The position numbers and the translations under genes were made by a program. A stretch of 64,000 nucleotides of DNA from Pseudomonadota bacterium (GTDB lineage Bacteria > Pseudomonadota > Gammaproteobacteria > Xanthomonadales > Xanthomonadaceae), in the NCBI GenBank assembly GCA_018240435.1, contig JAFEFT010000002.1, forward strand, positions 35,262-99,261. The letters are read 5' to 3'. Within the stretch, counting starts at the first letter, position 1, and each line of letters opens with the position of its first letter. This document shows, one piece after another, positions 8,078-18,154 of this stretch. The notes under the pieces are model-generated. The model ran no database searches, had not been told where the DNA came from, and saw nothing but the letters and a program-made list of their open reading frames with translations.

Positions 8078-10705
8078 GTGTACCATGCCGGCATGAAAAA
8101 GAAGACCGGTCGCGGCCGTACCGCGCCTTCGTCCGCGGGTTTGCCGCCGTGGCTGCCTGACGCCCCAGCCACGCACGGTCGCGCGCAGCCACCACGACGC
8201 ATTGCGGGCCAGCCAGCCAGTGGGCACGGCCAGCCCGGCGGAGCTGCACGCGGACGACGAAGCGATGAACGGGCCGTGTCACCGCCCGCCCGCGGTGCGG
8301 GTGACCCGCACGCCGCCCGCGAGGCGGCGCGCTACGAACGTCCGATCGCCAGCCGCGAGGCGATCTTGCAATGCCTGGCCGGCAGCGACGGCCCGCAGAC
8401 GCTCGAACGCATCGCGCAGTCGCTGCGCATCGACGATCCCGAATTGCGCGAGGCGCTCGGCAAGCGGCTGGCGGCGATGCAGCGCGATGGCCAGGTGCTG
8501 GTCAATCGCCGTGGCGGTTATGCGCCGGCGCGCCAGCTCGACCTGCTGGCCGGCACCATCATCGCCAATCCGGAGGGGTTCGGCTTTCTGCGCCTGGATG
8601 CCGGTGGCGACGATCTGTTTCTGCCGCCGAACGAAATGCGCAAGGCGATGCACGGCGATCGCGTGCTGGCCTCGGTGACCGGCATCGACTGGCGCGGCCG
8701 GCGCAACGGTGCCGTGGTCGAGGTGCTCGAACATCGCCGGCAGCGTGTCACCGGCCGCTATGCGCGGCGCGGCGGCGTCGGTTACGTGATCCCCGACGAC
8801 AAGCGCGTGCTGCAGGACATCATCGTCCTGCCCGGCGCCGAGGCTGACGCCCGCGAGGGACAGCTGGTGGTCTGCGAGCTGGATTTCGGCGACGGTTCGG
8901 CGTCGCGTGCGCAACCGTTCGGGCGGGTGGTCGCGGTGCTCGGCGACAAGCTCACGCCATCGCTGGTGGTCGAGGCGGCAATCCACGGCCACGGTATCCC
9001 GCACGATTTTCCGCCCGAGGTGCTGGCCGAGGCGGCGGCGATTCCGGTCGAGGTCGATGCGCGCGCGGCCGCCGGTCGCGTCGATCTGCGTGCGCTGGCG
9101 TTGCTGACGATCGACGGCGAAGACGCCAGGGATTTCGACGATGCCGTGTATTGCGAAACCGAGCGCGACGGTTTTCGTCTGGTGGTGGCGATCGCCGATG
9201 TGTCGGCCTACGTCAAGCCGGACACCGCGCTCGACGCGCAGGCGCAACTGCGCGGCACCTCGGTGTATTTCCCGGGCTTCGTCGTGCCGATGCTGCCCGA
9301 GACGCTGTCCAACGGCATCTGCTCGCTCAAGCCCGCGGTGGATCGACTGTGCTTCGTCTGCGACATGCACATCGATCGTGCCGGGCAAACCCGCGACGCG
9401 CGCTTTTACGAAGCGGTGATGCGCTCGCAGGCGCGGCTGACCTACACCGAAGTCTGGAACGCGATCGGCGAGGGCATCGCCGACGATGCCCGTGCGCAGG
9501 CGCAGGCGAAAGTCGGCGCGCTGTTGCCGAATCTGCAACGACTGCACCAGTTGTATCGCATCCTGGCCAAAGCGCGTGGCAAGCGCGGTGCAATCGAATT
9601 CGAGTCGGGCGAGACGCGTTTCGTGCTCGGCCCAGCCGGCGAAGTCCTGCAGGGCGGAATGATCGAGCGCAACGATGCGCACAAGCTGATCGAGGAATGC
9701 ATGATCGCCGCCAACGTGCAGGCGGCGGTGTTTTTGCATGAGCACCGACTTCCGGCGCCATACCGCGTCCACGATCGACCACCGGAAAACAAATATTCCG
9801 ACTTGCTGGAGTTCCTCGCCGAATTCGGATTGACGCTGCCGCCGTGGGGCAAGGTGCAGCCGCGGGATTTCACCGCCTTGTTGAAGAAGATCCGCGAGCG
9901 CGCCGATGCCGCGCTGCTCGAATCGGTGCTGCTGCGCTCGCAGTCGCTGGCGGTGTATTCGACCGACGATCACGGCCACTTCGGGCTGGCGCTGGAGGCC
10001 TACGCGCACTTCACCTCGCCGATCCGGCGTTATCCCGATCTGCTGGTGCATCGGGCGATCAAGCATGGTCTGGCCGGCGGCAGCGCCGACGATTTCGTCT
10101 ACAGCGAGCACGCGATGGTGCAGTTGTCGCTGACGTGCTCGGAGCAGTCGCGGCGCGCCGACGAGGCCTCGCGCGAAGTCGATGAGCGCTACCGCGCGGC
10201 GTGGATGGAACAGCACGTCGGCAGCCAGTTCGACGGCACCATCAGCGGCGTGACCTCGTTTGGATTGTTCGTCGAGCTCGACGATTCCAAGGTCAACGGT
10301 TTGATCCACGTCACCCAGTTGCCGCACGACTATTACCACTTCGATCCTCTGCGGCGCAGCCTTTCCGGCGAGCGACGTGGCGTCGTGTTCCGGCTCGGCG
10401 AGCGCGTGCGGGTGCTGGTGCTGCGTGCCAGCGTCGAGGATCGGCGCATCGACTTCCGGCTGGTGGAAGTGCTGCCCGACACGGCGGAAGCAAAGCCAGC
10501 GTCTGCCGTTGCACCCTCATTGCCGTTGCTGTCGCCGCGCGGGAAAGCGGCACCGCCAGCGCCGGCGAAGCGCGGCGGCAAGGGTGCGCGTCGCGCCGAT
10601 GGCGATGCAGATTCCCGCAAGGCTGCGAACGGCGCGACGCGACGGCGTCCCGGTGAGTCGGTCAGCGCATTCGCCGCACGCAGCCGCGAGGAGAAAAAAC
10701 GATGA
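8078..10705 (+). CDS. rnr: ribonuclease R
   Basis: An 875-aa ORF. It has cold-shock/OB-like N-terminal domains (GFGFLRLDAGGDDLFLPPNEMRKAMHGDRV), an RNB catalytic core (DARDFDDAVYCE, HFGLALEAYAHFTSPIRRYPDLLVHR), an S1 domain (GTISGVTSFGLFVEL) and a basic tail. The true start may be the second Met at 8093 (MKKKTGRG). Confidence 0.9.
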   Translation: MYHAGMKKKTGRGRTAPSSAGLPPWLPDAPATHGRAQPPRRIAGQPASGHGQPGGAARGRRSDERAVSPPARGAGDPHAAREAARYERPIASREAILQCLAGSDGPQTLERIAQSLRIDDPELREALGKRLAAMQRDGQVLVNRRGGYAPARQLDLLAGTIIANPEGFGFLRLDAGGDDLFLPPNEMRKAMHGDRVLASVTGIDWRGRRNGAVVEVLEHRRQRVTGRYARRGGVGYVIPDDKRVLQDIIVLPGAEADAREGQLVVCELDFGDGSASRAQPFGRVVAVLGDKLTPSLVVEAAIHGHGIPHDFPPEVLAEAAAIPVEVDARAAAGRVDLRALALLTIDGEDARDFDDAVYCETERDGFRLVVAIADVSAYVKPDTALDAQAQLRGTSVYFPGFVVPMLPETLSNGICSLKPAVDRLCFVCDMHIDRAGQTRDARFYEAVMRSQARLTYTEVWNAIGEGIADDARAQAQAKVGALLPNLQRLHQLYRILAKARGKRGAIEFESGETRFVLGPAGEVLQGGMIERNDAHKLIEECMIAANVQAAVFLHEHRLPAPYRVHDRPPENKYSDLLEFLAEFGLTLPPWGKVQPRDFTALLKKIRERADAALLESVLLRSQSLAVYSTDDHGHFGLALEAYAHFTSPIRRYPDLLVHRAIKHGLAGGSADDFVYSEHAMVQLSLTCSEQSRRADEASREVDERYRAAWMEQHVGSQFDGTISGVTSFGLFVELDDSKVNGLIHVTQLPHDYYHFDPLRRSLSGERRGVVFRLGERVRVLVLRASVEDRRIDFRLVEVLPDTAEAKPASAVAPSLPLLSPRGKAAPPAPAKRGGKGARRADGDADSRKAANGATRRRPGESVSAFAARSREEKKR

Positions 10706-11466
10706 GCGCAGGACAATGGATCGCCGGCATCAACGCGGTGGCTGCCGCGCTCGAGCACGACAGCGAGCATGTGCTGGAAGTGCTGATCGAGGCCGGCGGC
10801 CGCAATCCACGGTTGACCGAGATCGAGCAGCGCGCGTTGCAGTTGGGTATCTCGGCGCGACGGGTGGCGCAGCAGGCACTCGATGGCGTCGCCGGTGGCC
10901 TGCGCCATCAGGGTGCGATCGCACGCTATGCCGGCGCGCGCAGCCACGATGAGAACGAGTTGCCGGCGTTGATCGAGGCGGCCGCCGGGCGCGCGCTGCT
11001 GCTGATCCTCGATGAAGTGCAGGATCCGCACAACCTCGGCGCCTGTCTGCGCAGCGCCGCCGCCGCCGGCGTCACCGCGGTGGTGATTCCCAAGGATAAA
11101 TCGGCACCGGTCAACGCCACCGTGCGCAAGACTTCATCGGGCGCGGCCGACCGCGTGCCGATCGTGCGCGTGACCAATCTGGCGCGAACGATGAAGGCGA
11201 TCCGCGATGCCGGCGTGTGGGTGTATGGATTGGCTGGCGGCGAGGGCGGCTCGCTGTACGCGCTGGATCTGACCGGTTCGGTCGCACTCGTGCTCGGCGG
11301 GGAAGCCGATGGCATGCGCCGGCTGACGCGCGAGAACTGCGATGCCCTCGCGCACGTCCCGATGCCTGGTGCCGATGCGGCGGGCGGGGTGGAGAGCCTC
11401 AACGTTTCCGTTGCCGCCGGCGTGGTGCTGTTCGAAGCGGTGCGGCAGCGCGCTCTACGGCCATGA
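10702..11466 (+). CDS. rlmB: 23S rRNA (guanosine-2'-O)-methyltransferase RlmB (SpoU family)
   Basis: A 254-aa ORF with a 4-nt overlap with rnr, which is the conserved rnr-rlmB arrangement. It carries LDEVQDPHNLGACLRSAAAAG and SLNVSVAAGVVLFE SpoU motifs. Confidence 0.85.
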   Translation: MSAGQWIAGINAVAAALEHDSEHVLEVLIEAGGRNPRLTEIEQRALQLGISARRVAQQALDGVAGGLRHQGAIARYAGARSHDENELPALIEAAAGRALLLILDEVQDPHNLGACLRSAAAAGVTAVVIPKDKSAPVNATVRKTSSGAADRVPIVRVTNLARTMKAIRDAGVWVYGLAGGEGGSLYALDLTGSVALVLGGEADGMRRLTRENCDALAHVPMPGADAAGGVESLNVSVAAGVVLFEAVRQRALRP

Positions 11467-11587
11467 TCGGCGCCGTTCGTGGTGAGGCGACGGCGTCGAG
11501 ATCGCAGATAGAGCGTCGGCGGGTCGAACCATTTCCCACGCGCGCAGCGACCAGCCGACCCATTGATTTCTCACGAGCACTCGCATC

Positions 11588-11860
11588 GTGAACCTGCACC
11601 TGCAATGGTGGGATTGGGTCGGCATCGCCGGCACGGTGGCGGTGCTGCTGGCGTTCTTCCTGCTGCAAGCCGGCCGCCTGCATGGCCGCGGCATCGTGTT
11701 CCAATTGCTCAATTTGCTCGGTTCGCTGGGCGTGCTGGTGTCGCTGTACGGCAGCTTCAACCTGTCGGTGTGCCTGCTCGAAGGGACATGGGCGCTGATC
11801 AGCGGCTACGGCATCAGGCGGCGCTTTGCGGTGCCGGCAAGCGGTGGCGAGAACGGCTGA
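11588..11860 (+). CDS. small membrane protein with 3 predicted helices; function unknown
   Basis: A 90-aa ORF with a GTG start and hydrophobic, non-shadow composition (WDWVGIAGTVAVLLAFFLLQ...). Confidence 0.5.
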   Translation: MNLHLQWWDWVGIAGTVAVLLAFFLLQAGRLHGRGIVFQLLNLLGSLGVLVSLYGSFNLSVCLLEGTWALISGYGIRRRFAVPASGGENG

Positions 11861-11924
11861 TGCGCGGCGCCGGGCGGCTTCGGTGGTCGCTGGCGTCGCG
11901 GTCGGCAACGATGCGGGCGTCGCC

Positions 11925-12506
11925 CTAGAGCGGCTTCGATGCAGCGACGAAGTCGATGTCGGCGCACGGCGAAATCCGCTCGCGCAATCGTGGGCAGTCG
12001 CGTTCGCACATTCCGTACAGCGCCAGGTGATCCCACATCGCGATCGCGTGGAATGTCAGGTACGACGATGCCGTCGGTATCAGCGAGTGGTTGTCCTCAA
12101 GCCATGCCAAGCCGTGGTCGATGCCGGCGCGCATCTTGTCGAAGCGCCGGTGCGCGCGGGTGTCCAGACCGGTACGCTCGGCCAGGATCAACTCGGCCTC
12201 GGCGCTCATCACCCCGTTCAGCACCGCCCGCACGTTGAGCGCATCGACGTCGGTGGTCAACACGTCGAAACGATCGGCCGGGTCGAGCTTGCGCACCAGA
12301 TAGGCGGCGATATGGTCGGACTCGACCACCCAGTGCTGGCCGTCGACCAGGGTCGGCACCTTCATCAGCGGATTGCCGCCAAAGCGCGCCGGATCGGCCT
12401 CGGCGGCGTTGCCGGCGTCGATCAGATCGACATCCACCTGCAAGCCGGCGAGCAGCAAGCGCACCTTGCGTGCGAAATGCGAGCGGGGCGTGTAATGGAG
12501 CTGCAT
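11925..12506 (-). CDS. glutathione S-transferase family protein
   Basis: A 193-aa ORF with a thioredoxin-like N-terminal domain (MQLHYTPRSHFARKVRLLLAGL..., NPLMKVPTLVDG) and a helical C-terminal domain. Confidence 0.7.
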   Translation of the reverse strand: MQLHYTPRSHFARKVRLLLAGLQVDVDLIDAGNAAEADPARFGGNPLMKVPTLVDGQHWVVESDHIAAYLVRKLDPADRFDVLTTDVDALNVRAVLNGVMSAEAELILAERTGLDTRAHRRFDKMRAGIDHGLAWLEDNHSLIPTASSYLTFHAIAMWDHLALYGMCERDCPRLRERISPCADIDFVAASKPL

Positions 12507-12530
12507 CGTGTGCCTGCGCGCTGGCGCGGT

Positions 12531-14177
12531 TCAGCCCATGAACGGATAGCGATAATCGCGCGGCGGCGCGAAGGTTTCCTTGATCGTGCGCGGGCTGATC
12601 CAGCGCAGCAGGTTGAGGATCGAGCCGGCCTTGTCGTTGGTGCCCGAGGCGCGACCGCCACCGAACGGCTGCTGGCCGACCACCGCGCCGGTGGGCTTGT
12701 CGTTGATGTAGAAATTGCCGGCGGCGTTGCGCAGCGCGTCCAGGCCTTGTTCGATGGCGTAGCGATCCTGCGCGAAGATCGCGCCGGTGAGCGCGTACGA
12801 ACTGGTGCGATCGACCACGTCGAGGGTTTCCAGCCACTGGTTCTCGTCGTAGACATGCACGGTCAGCACCGGCCCGAACAGTTCGTCGCACATGGTGCGA
12901 TAGGACGGGTTGCTGGTCTGGATGATGGTCGGGCGGACGAAATAGCCCTCGGTGTCGTCGCAGCCACCGCCGACGAGGATGCTGGCATCGCTGGCGGTGC
13001 GCGCCTGCTCGATGGCGTCGGCCTGGGTGCGGAAACTGTTGCCGTCGATCACCGCGCCCATGAAGTTGGAAAAGTCGGCGACATCGCCCATGCGGATGCC
13101 TTCGACCTCGGCCACGAGGCGATCGCGCACCTGCGGCCACAGATTGCTCGGGATGTAGGCGCGGCTGGCGGCCGAGCACTTCTGGCCCTGATACTCGAAG
13201 GCGCCGCGCACGATCGCGGTGACCAGTGCGGCCGGATCGGCGCTGCGATGGGCGACGATGAAATCCTTGCCACCCGTCTCGCCGACCAGGCGCGGATAGC
13301 TGGTGTACTTGTCGATGTTGTCGCCGACCATGCGCCACATCTGGTGGAACACGCGAGTCGAGCCGGTGAAGTGGATGCCGGCCAGATGCGGGCTTTCCAG
13401 CACCGGATCGCCGACCGCGCCGCCGCTGCCGGTGACGAGGTTGATCACGCCGTCGGGCAGGCCGGCCTCGCGGAAGATCTGCATGATGAAATGCGCGCTG
13501 TAGACCGCCGTGCTGGCCGGCTTCCACACCACCGTGTTGCCGCACAGCGCCACGCAACTGGGCAGGTTGCCGGCGATGGCGGTGAAGTTGAACGGCGAGA
13601 CCGCGAACACGAAGCCTTCCAGCGGCCGGTGCTCGCTGCGGTTCCACATGCCGGCCGAAGAACGCGGCTGCTCGCGCAGCAGTTGTTCGTAGAAGGACAC
13701 GTTGAAGCGCAGGAAGTCGATCAGCTCGCAGGCACTGTCGATCTCGGCCTGATGGCAGGTCTTGGACTGGCCCATCATCGTCGCCGCGTTGAGGGTGTCG
13801 CGCCACGGCCCGGCGAGCAGGTCGGCGGCCTTGAGGAACACCGATGCCCGCGCCTCCCACGGCAGCCGCGCCCAGTCGCGCTGCGCTGTCACCGCCGAGT
13901 CGATCGCCTGATTCACTTCGGCGGTGCCGGCCTGATGGAACTGCGCGATCGTGTGGCTGTGGCGATGGGGCATCACCGACTGGCCGAGCTTGCCGGTGCG
14001 CACTTCCTTGCCGCCGATGAACAGCGGGATGTCGATGACTTCACCCGACATCTGCTTCAGGCGCGCCTGCAGGCTGGCGCGTTCCTTCGACTGCGGCGCG
14101 TAGCTGCGCACCGGCTCGTTCATCGGCATCGGGCTGCGGGAAATGGCAAGCGACATGGCAAGGTTCCGGAGAGGCAA
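12531..14177 (-). CDS. pruA: L-glutamate gamma-semialdehyde (1-pyrroline-5-carboxylate) dehydrogenase
   Basis: A 548-aa ORF from the aldehyde dehydrogenase superfamily, with VGETGGKDF, EYQGQKCSAASR (catalytic Cys) and the C-terminal GASGTNDKAG motif typical of PruA. The start may be an internal Met (MSLAISR, 14156). Confidence 0.85.
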   Translation of the reverse strand: MPLRNLAMSLAISRSPMPMNEPVRSYAPQSKERASLQARLKQMSGEVIDIPLFIGGKEVRTGKLGQSVMPHRHSHTIAQFHQAGTAEVNQAIDSAVTAQRDWARLPWEARASVFLKAADLLAGPWRDTLNAATMMGQSKTCHQAEIDSACELIDFLRFNVSFYEQLLREQPRSSAGMWNRSEHRPLEGFVFAVSPFNFTAIAGNLPSCVALCGNTVVWKPASTAVYSAHFIMQIFREAGLPDGVINLVTGSGGAVGDPVLESPHLAGIHFTGSTRVFHQMWRMVGDNIDKYTSYPRLVGETGGKDFIVAHRSADPAALVTAIVRGAFEYQGQKCSAASRAYIPSNLWPQVRDRLVAEVEGIRMGDVADFSNFMGAVIDGNSFRTQADAIEQARTASDASILVGGGCDDTEGYFVRPTIIQTSNPSYRTMCDELFGPVLTVHVYDENQWLETLDVVDRTSSYALTGAIFAQDRYAIEQGLDALRNAAGNFYINDKPTGAVVGQQPFGGGRASGTNDKAGSILNLLRWISPRTIKETFAPPRDYRYPFMG

Positions 14178-14533
14178 ATGTCTATTGTACTGCCGTGCGT
14201 CGGGCGTCGGCGGTTCGGGCTCCGGTTCGGAGGCGTGACAACGGTGTGGCGTAAGCGCTTGCGGACATGACGGTTGCCATGCGCGATCCGCCTGCCACGG
14301 GCGGGAATGGTGTCCAGTCTGGATGTGTAACGTCGCCCTCGCGCGCGGACGACACGACGGCCAAGGTCTTGCAAAGCAGCATCGCGCGGGGGATGGCAGG
14401 GAATTGCGTCAGATCGCCGGGTGATCGTTGTGACAGCGCGATTTCAAGACGCAGGCAATCGCGCTGGCTGATGTCCTGCCCGCTTCGTGCTCCGCATACA
14501 ATGGGCGCTTCCTCCGTTCGCCGGTGACGCTCG

Positions 14534-15490
14534 ATGTCCTCTCCAGTTCCCCGTTCCAATCTCGCTTTCGTCTTTCCGGGCCAGGGTTCGCAGGCTGTCG
14601 GCATGATGGCCGAGCTGGCCGCTGCGCATCCGCAGGTGCGCGAGGCGTTCGCGGAAGCCTCCGCCGGCGCCGGCATCGACTTGTGGCAGCTCGCGCAGGA
14701 CGGCCCGGAAACCGAGCTCAACCGCACCGAGTTCACCCAGCCGGCGCTGCTGGCCGCAGGAATCGGCGGGTGGCGAGCCTGGCTGGCGGCCGGTGGCGCG
14801 CAGCCGGCGTTGCTGGCCGGCCACAGCCTTGGCGAGTACACCGCGCTGGTCGCCGCCGGGGCGTTGTCGCTGCACGATGCCGCCGGGCTGGTGCGCGAGC
14901 GCGGCAGGCTGATGCAGGACGCCGTGCCGACAGGCGTGGGTGCGATGGCGGCGGTGCTCGGCGCCGACGACGAATTGATCGCCGAAGTCTGCGCGCTGGT
15001 CGCCGGCGATGACGTGGTGGCGCCCGCCAACTACAACAGCCCCGGCCAGACGGTGATCGCCGGTCACGCCGCCGCTGTCGATCGGGCGCTGGCGCACTTG
15101 GCCGAGCGTGGCGTGCGCAAGGCGGTGAAACTGCCGGTTTCCGTGCCCTCGCACACGCCATTGATGCGCGGCGCTGCCGAAAAATTGGGTGAGCGGATGG
15201 CGACGATGAGCTGGCATGCGCCGTCGATTCCGGTGGTGCAAAACGCCGACGTGCGCAGCCACGACGATGTCGCGCAGATTCGTGACGCGCTGGTGCGCCA
15301 GCTGTACCAGCCCGTGCAGTGGACCGGCTGCGTGCAGGAATTGCGCGATCGCGGCGCCACCCGCGTGATCGAATGTGGCCCGGGCAAGGTGCTGGCCGGC
15401 CTGATCAAGCGTATCGACCGCGCGCTCGATGCACGCGCCATCGGCACACCACCGGATTTCGGCGCCGCTCTCGAGGAGTGCAAGGCATGA
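14534..15490 (+). CDS. fabD: malonyl CoA-ACP transacylase
   Basis: A 318-aa ORF with FVFPGQGSQ and GHSLGEYTALV active-site motifs. It lies upstream of fabG-acpP-fabF. Confidence 0.95.
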   Translation: MSSPVPRSNLAFVFPGQGSQAVGMMAELAAAHPQVREAFAEASAGAGIDLWQLAQDGPETELNRTEFTQPALLAAGIGGWRAWLAAGGAQPALLAGHSLGEYTALVAAGALSLHDAAGLVRERGRLMQDAVPTGVGAMAAVLGADDELIAEVCALVAGDDVVAPANYNSPGQTVIAGHAAAVDRALAHLAERGVRKAVKLPVSVPSHTPLMRGAAEKLGERMATMSWHAPSIPVVQNADVRSHDDVAQIRDALVRQLYQPVQWTGCVQELRDRGATRVIECGPGKVLAGLIKRIDRALDARAIGTPPDFGAALEECKA

Positions 15491-16236
15491 CTGCCGATCG
15501 CGTTCTTGCCGGCGAGATCGCCCTCGTCACCGGTGCCAGCCGCGGCATCGGTGCCGCCATCGCCGACGAACTGGCAGCGCGCGGTGCCACGGTGATCGGC
15601 ACCGCCACTACCGAGGCCGGCGTCGCCGCCATCGGCGCGCGACTGGCAGCGCACGGCGGGGCAGGGCGGCTGCTCGACGTCCGCGACGGCGCCGCCATCG
15701 ATGCCCTGATCGATGCGGTCGGCAAGGAGTTCGGCGCGGTCTCCATCCTCGTCAACAACGCCGGCATCACCCGCGACAACCTGCTGATGCGGATGAAGGA
15801 CGACGACTGGCAGGCGATCATCGACACCAATCTCACCTCGGTGTTCCGCGCCAGCAAGGCGGTGATGCGGGCGATGATGAAGGCGCGCCGCGGCCGCATC
15901 GTCAACATCGCCTCGGTGATCGGGGTGACTGGCAATCCCGGCCAGGCCAACTACGCCGCGGCGAAGGCCGGCATCATCGCGTTTTCGAAATCGCTGGCGC
16001 GCGAAATCGGCTCGCGCGGCATCACCGTCAATGTCGTTGCGCCCGGTTTCATCGACACCGACATGACCCGCGCCCTGCCCGAGGAAGGCAAGCAGGCGAT
16101 GCTGGCGCAGATCGCCCTGGGGCGTTTCGGCGATGCCACCGACATCGCCCGCGCCGTCGCCTTCCTCGCCGGCCCCGACGCCGCCTACATCACCGGCCAG
16201 ACCTTGCACGTCAATGGCGGGATGTACATGGGGTGA
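15487..16236 (+). CDS. fabG: 3-oxoacyl-ACP reductase
   Basis: Taken from Met57 of track ORF 15319..16236 ([22 protein letters not shown]), with an ATGA overlap with the fabD stop. It has the NYAAAKAG catalytic motif and ends HVNGGMYMG. Confidence 0.95.
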   Translation: MTADRVLAGEIALVTGASRGIGAAIADELAARGATVIGTATTEAGVAAIGARLAAHGGAGRLLDVRDGAAIDALIDAVGKEFGAVSILVNNAGITRDNLLMRMKDDDWQAIIDTNLTSVFRASKAVMRAMMKARRGRIVNIASVIGVTGNPGQANYAAAKAGIIAFSKSLAREIGSRGITVNVVAPGFIDTDMTRALPEEGKQAMLAQIALGRFGDATDIARAVAFLAGPDAAYITGQTLHVNGGMYMG

Positions 16237-16295
16237 GGACGGAGGACAGAGGACAGAGGACAGAGGACAGAGGACAGAGGACAGAGGACAGAGGG
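16237..16295 (+). repeat. tandem heptanucleotide array (GGACAGA)n of about 8 units, followed by short GTATTCG x2 and TCCCGAY x3-4 heptamer runs (to about 16355)
   Basis: Read directly from the sequence. It starts at the base after the fabG TGA (16234-16236), in sense orientation, within the fabG-acpP spacer. Confidence 0.95.
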
Positions 16296-16447
16296 TATTC
16301 GGTATTCAGTTGTCTGTGGGCCGGCTTTCCCGACTCCCGATTCCCGACGCCCGGCTCCAGCCAACCAACCGTGTTGCCGGCGGAACTTTCCACTACAATA
16401 TGCCGCCGCGCCGCCGGCCGGCATTCAGAACCAAACGAGGCCAATAC

Positions 16448-16687
16448 ATGAGCACCATCGAAGAACGCGTCAAGAAGATCGTCGTCGAGCAGCTGGGCGT
16501 GAAGGCGGAGGACGTCACCAACAACGCCTCGTTCGTCGATGATCTCGGCGCCGACTCGCTCGACACGGTCGAGCTCGTGATGGCGCTGGAAGAGGAATTC
16601 GACTGCGAGATCCCGGACGAGGACGCCGAGAAGATCACCAACGTGCAGCAGGCGATCGATTACGTGAAGGCGCACGTCAAGGAGTGA
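16448..16687 (+). CDS. acpP: acyl carrier protein
   Basis: This is the last 79 aa of track ORF 16133..16687: [18 protein letters not shown]...[20 protein letters not shown] (phosphopantetheine Ser in DSLD). Confidence 0.97.
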   Translation: MSTIEERVKKIVVEQLGVKAEDVTNNASFVDDLGADSLDTVELVMALEEEFDCEIPDEDAEKITNVQQAIDYVKAHVKE

Positions 16688-16761
16688 GTTCGACGGCGCT
16701 GCCGGGCCGTGGCGGTCGCGCCCGGGGCTGTGCAGGTCGATGTCGTTTCCAGTGAACCCTG

Positions 16762-16794
16762 CCGGGGCCGCGCATGCGGCCCCGGACGTTTGTG
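16762..16794 (+). terminator. GC-rich stem-loop between acpP and fabF (possible attenuator or partial terminator)
   Basis: The stem is ccggggccgc (16762-16771) paired with gcggccccgg (16776-16785) around a 4-nt loop, followed by acgtttgtg. It has a 10-bp perfect stem but a weak T-tract. Confidence 0.45.
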
Positions 16795-16860
16795 CGGTGC
16801 CGTCGGCAACGGCGGCGCCGCGGGCATGGACAGCGCGCGTGGCGCGCGGTGGAGCAACCA

Positions 16861-18099
16861 ATGAATCGTCGTCGTGTCGTCGTCACGGGCCTTGGCATCA
16901 TCTCGCCGGTCGGCAATGACCTGGCCAGTGCCTGGGACAGCATCGTCCATGGCCGCTCCGGCATCGGCCCGATCACCCATTTCGACACCACGGGTTTTTC
17001 GACGACGATCGCCGGCGAGATCCGCGGCTTCGATCCGCTCAAGTACGTCGGTCCGAAGGACGTCAAGAAGATGGATCCATTCATCCATTACGGCGTCGCC
17101 GCCGGCATGGATGCAATGGCCGACGCCGGACTTGAAGTCACCGAGGCCAATGCCGAGCGCATCGGCGTGATCATCGGCTCGGGCATCGGCGGCATCGCCG
17201 GCATCGAGCGCACGGCGATCGCCTGGCACGAAGGCGGCGCGCGCAAGATCTCGCCGTTCTACGTGCCTTCGACGATCATCAACATGGTCTCTGGGCAGTT
17301 GTGCATCCTCAAGGGCTTGAAGGGTCCGAACTTCTCGGCGGTGTCGGCCTGCGCCACGTCCAATCACAGCATCGGCACGGCGATGCGGATGATCCAGTAC
17401 GGCGACGCCGAAGTGATGATCGCCGGCGGCGCCGAATACGGCGCCTCGCCGACTTCGGTCGGCGGATTTTGCGCGATGAAGGCGATGTCGACCCGCAATG
17501 ACGATCCCACCCGCGCCAGCCGGCCGTGGGATCGCGACCGCGACGGTTTCGTGCTCGGCGATGGCGCCGGCATCCTCGTGCTGGAGGAATACGAGCACGC
17601 CAGGGCGCGCGGTGCGCGCATCTATTGCGAGCTGGCCGGTTACGGCGCCACCTCCGATGCCTTCCACATGACCGCGCCCAGCGAGAACGGCGAGGGCGCC
17701 GCGCGCTGCATGGCGATCGCGATGCGCGATGCCGGCGTCACTGCCGAACAGGTCGACTACGTCAACGCCCACGGCACCTCGACGCCGCTGGGCGATCTGG
17801 CCGAAACGATGGCGCTCAAGCGCACGCTCGGCGAGCATGCGTATCAGACGATGGTCAGCTCGACCAAGTCGATGACCGGGCACCTGCTCGGCGCTGCCGG
17901 CGGCATCGAGGCGATTTTCAGCGTGCTGGCGCTGCATCACGGCATCATTCCGCCGACGATCAATCTCGATCATCCGGGTGAAGGCTGCGATCTGGACTAT
18001 GTGCCGAACGTCGCGCGCGAGAAAAAGATCCGCGTCGCGGTGTCGAATGGTTTTGGCTTCGGCGGCACCAACGGCACCTTGGTATTTCGCGCGATCTGA
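16861..18099 (+). CDS. fabF: 3-oxoacyl-ACP synthase II
   Basis: Taken from Met30 of track ORF 16774..18099 (MNRRRVVVTGLGIISPVGN). It has the ACATSNHSIG active-site Cys plus HGTSTPLGD and GHLLGAAG motifs. Confidence 0.95.
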   Translation: MNRRRVVVTGLGIISPVGNDLASAWDSIVHGRSGIGPITHFDTTGFSTTIAGEIRGFDPLKYVGPKDVKKMDPFIHYGVAAGMDAMADAGLEVTEANAERIGVIIGSGIGGIAGIERTAIAWHEGGARKISPFYVPSTIINMVSGQLCILKGLKGPNFSAVSACATSNHSIGTAMRMIQYGDAEVMIAGGAEYGASPTSVGGFCAMKAMSTRNDDPTRASRPWDRDRDGFVLGDGAGILVLEEYEHARARGARIYCELAGYGATSDAFHMTAPSENGEGAARCMAIAMRDAGVTAEQVDYVNAHGTSTPLGDLAETMALKRTLGEHAYQTMVSSTKSMTGHLLGAAGGIEAIFSVLALHHGIIPPTINLDHPGEGCDLDYVPNVAREKKIRVAVSNGFGFGGTNGTLVFRAI

Positions 18100-18154
18100 G
18101 GGCGTTTTCGTCCTCGCGGTGCGCTCGCCCGTTCACACATCATCGCGAGGATCG

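Noticed and set aside
11826-14270. An 814-aa + strand ORF and the 587-aa ORF 12097..13860(-), both overlapping pruA and the GST gene.
   Set aside because: They are antisense or off-frame to two genes with clear family motifs. Their extreme Arg/Gly/Asp/His content is typical of high-GC shadow ORFs.
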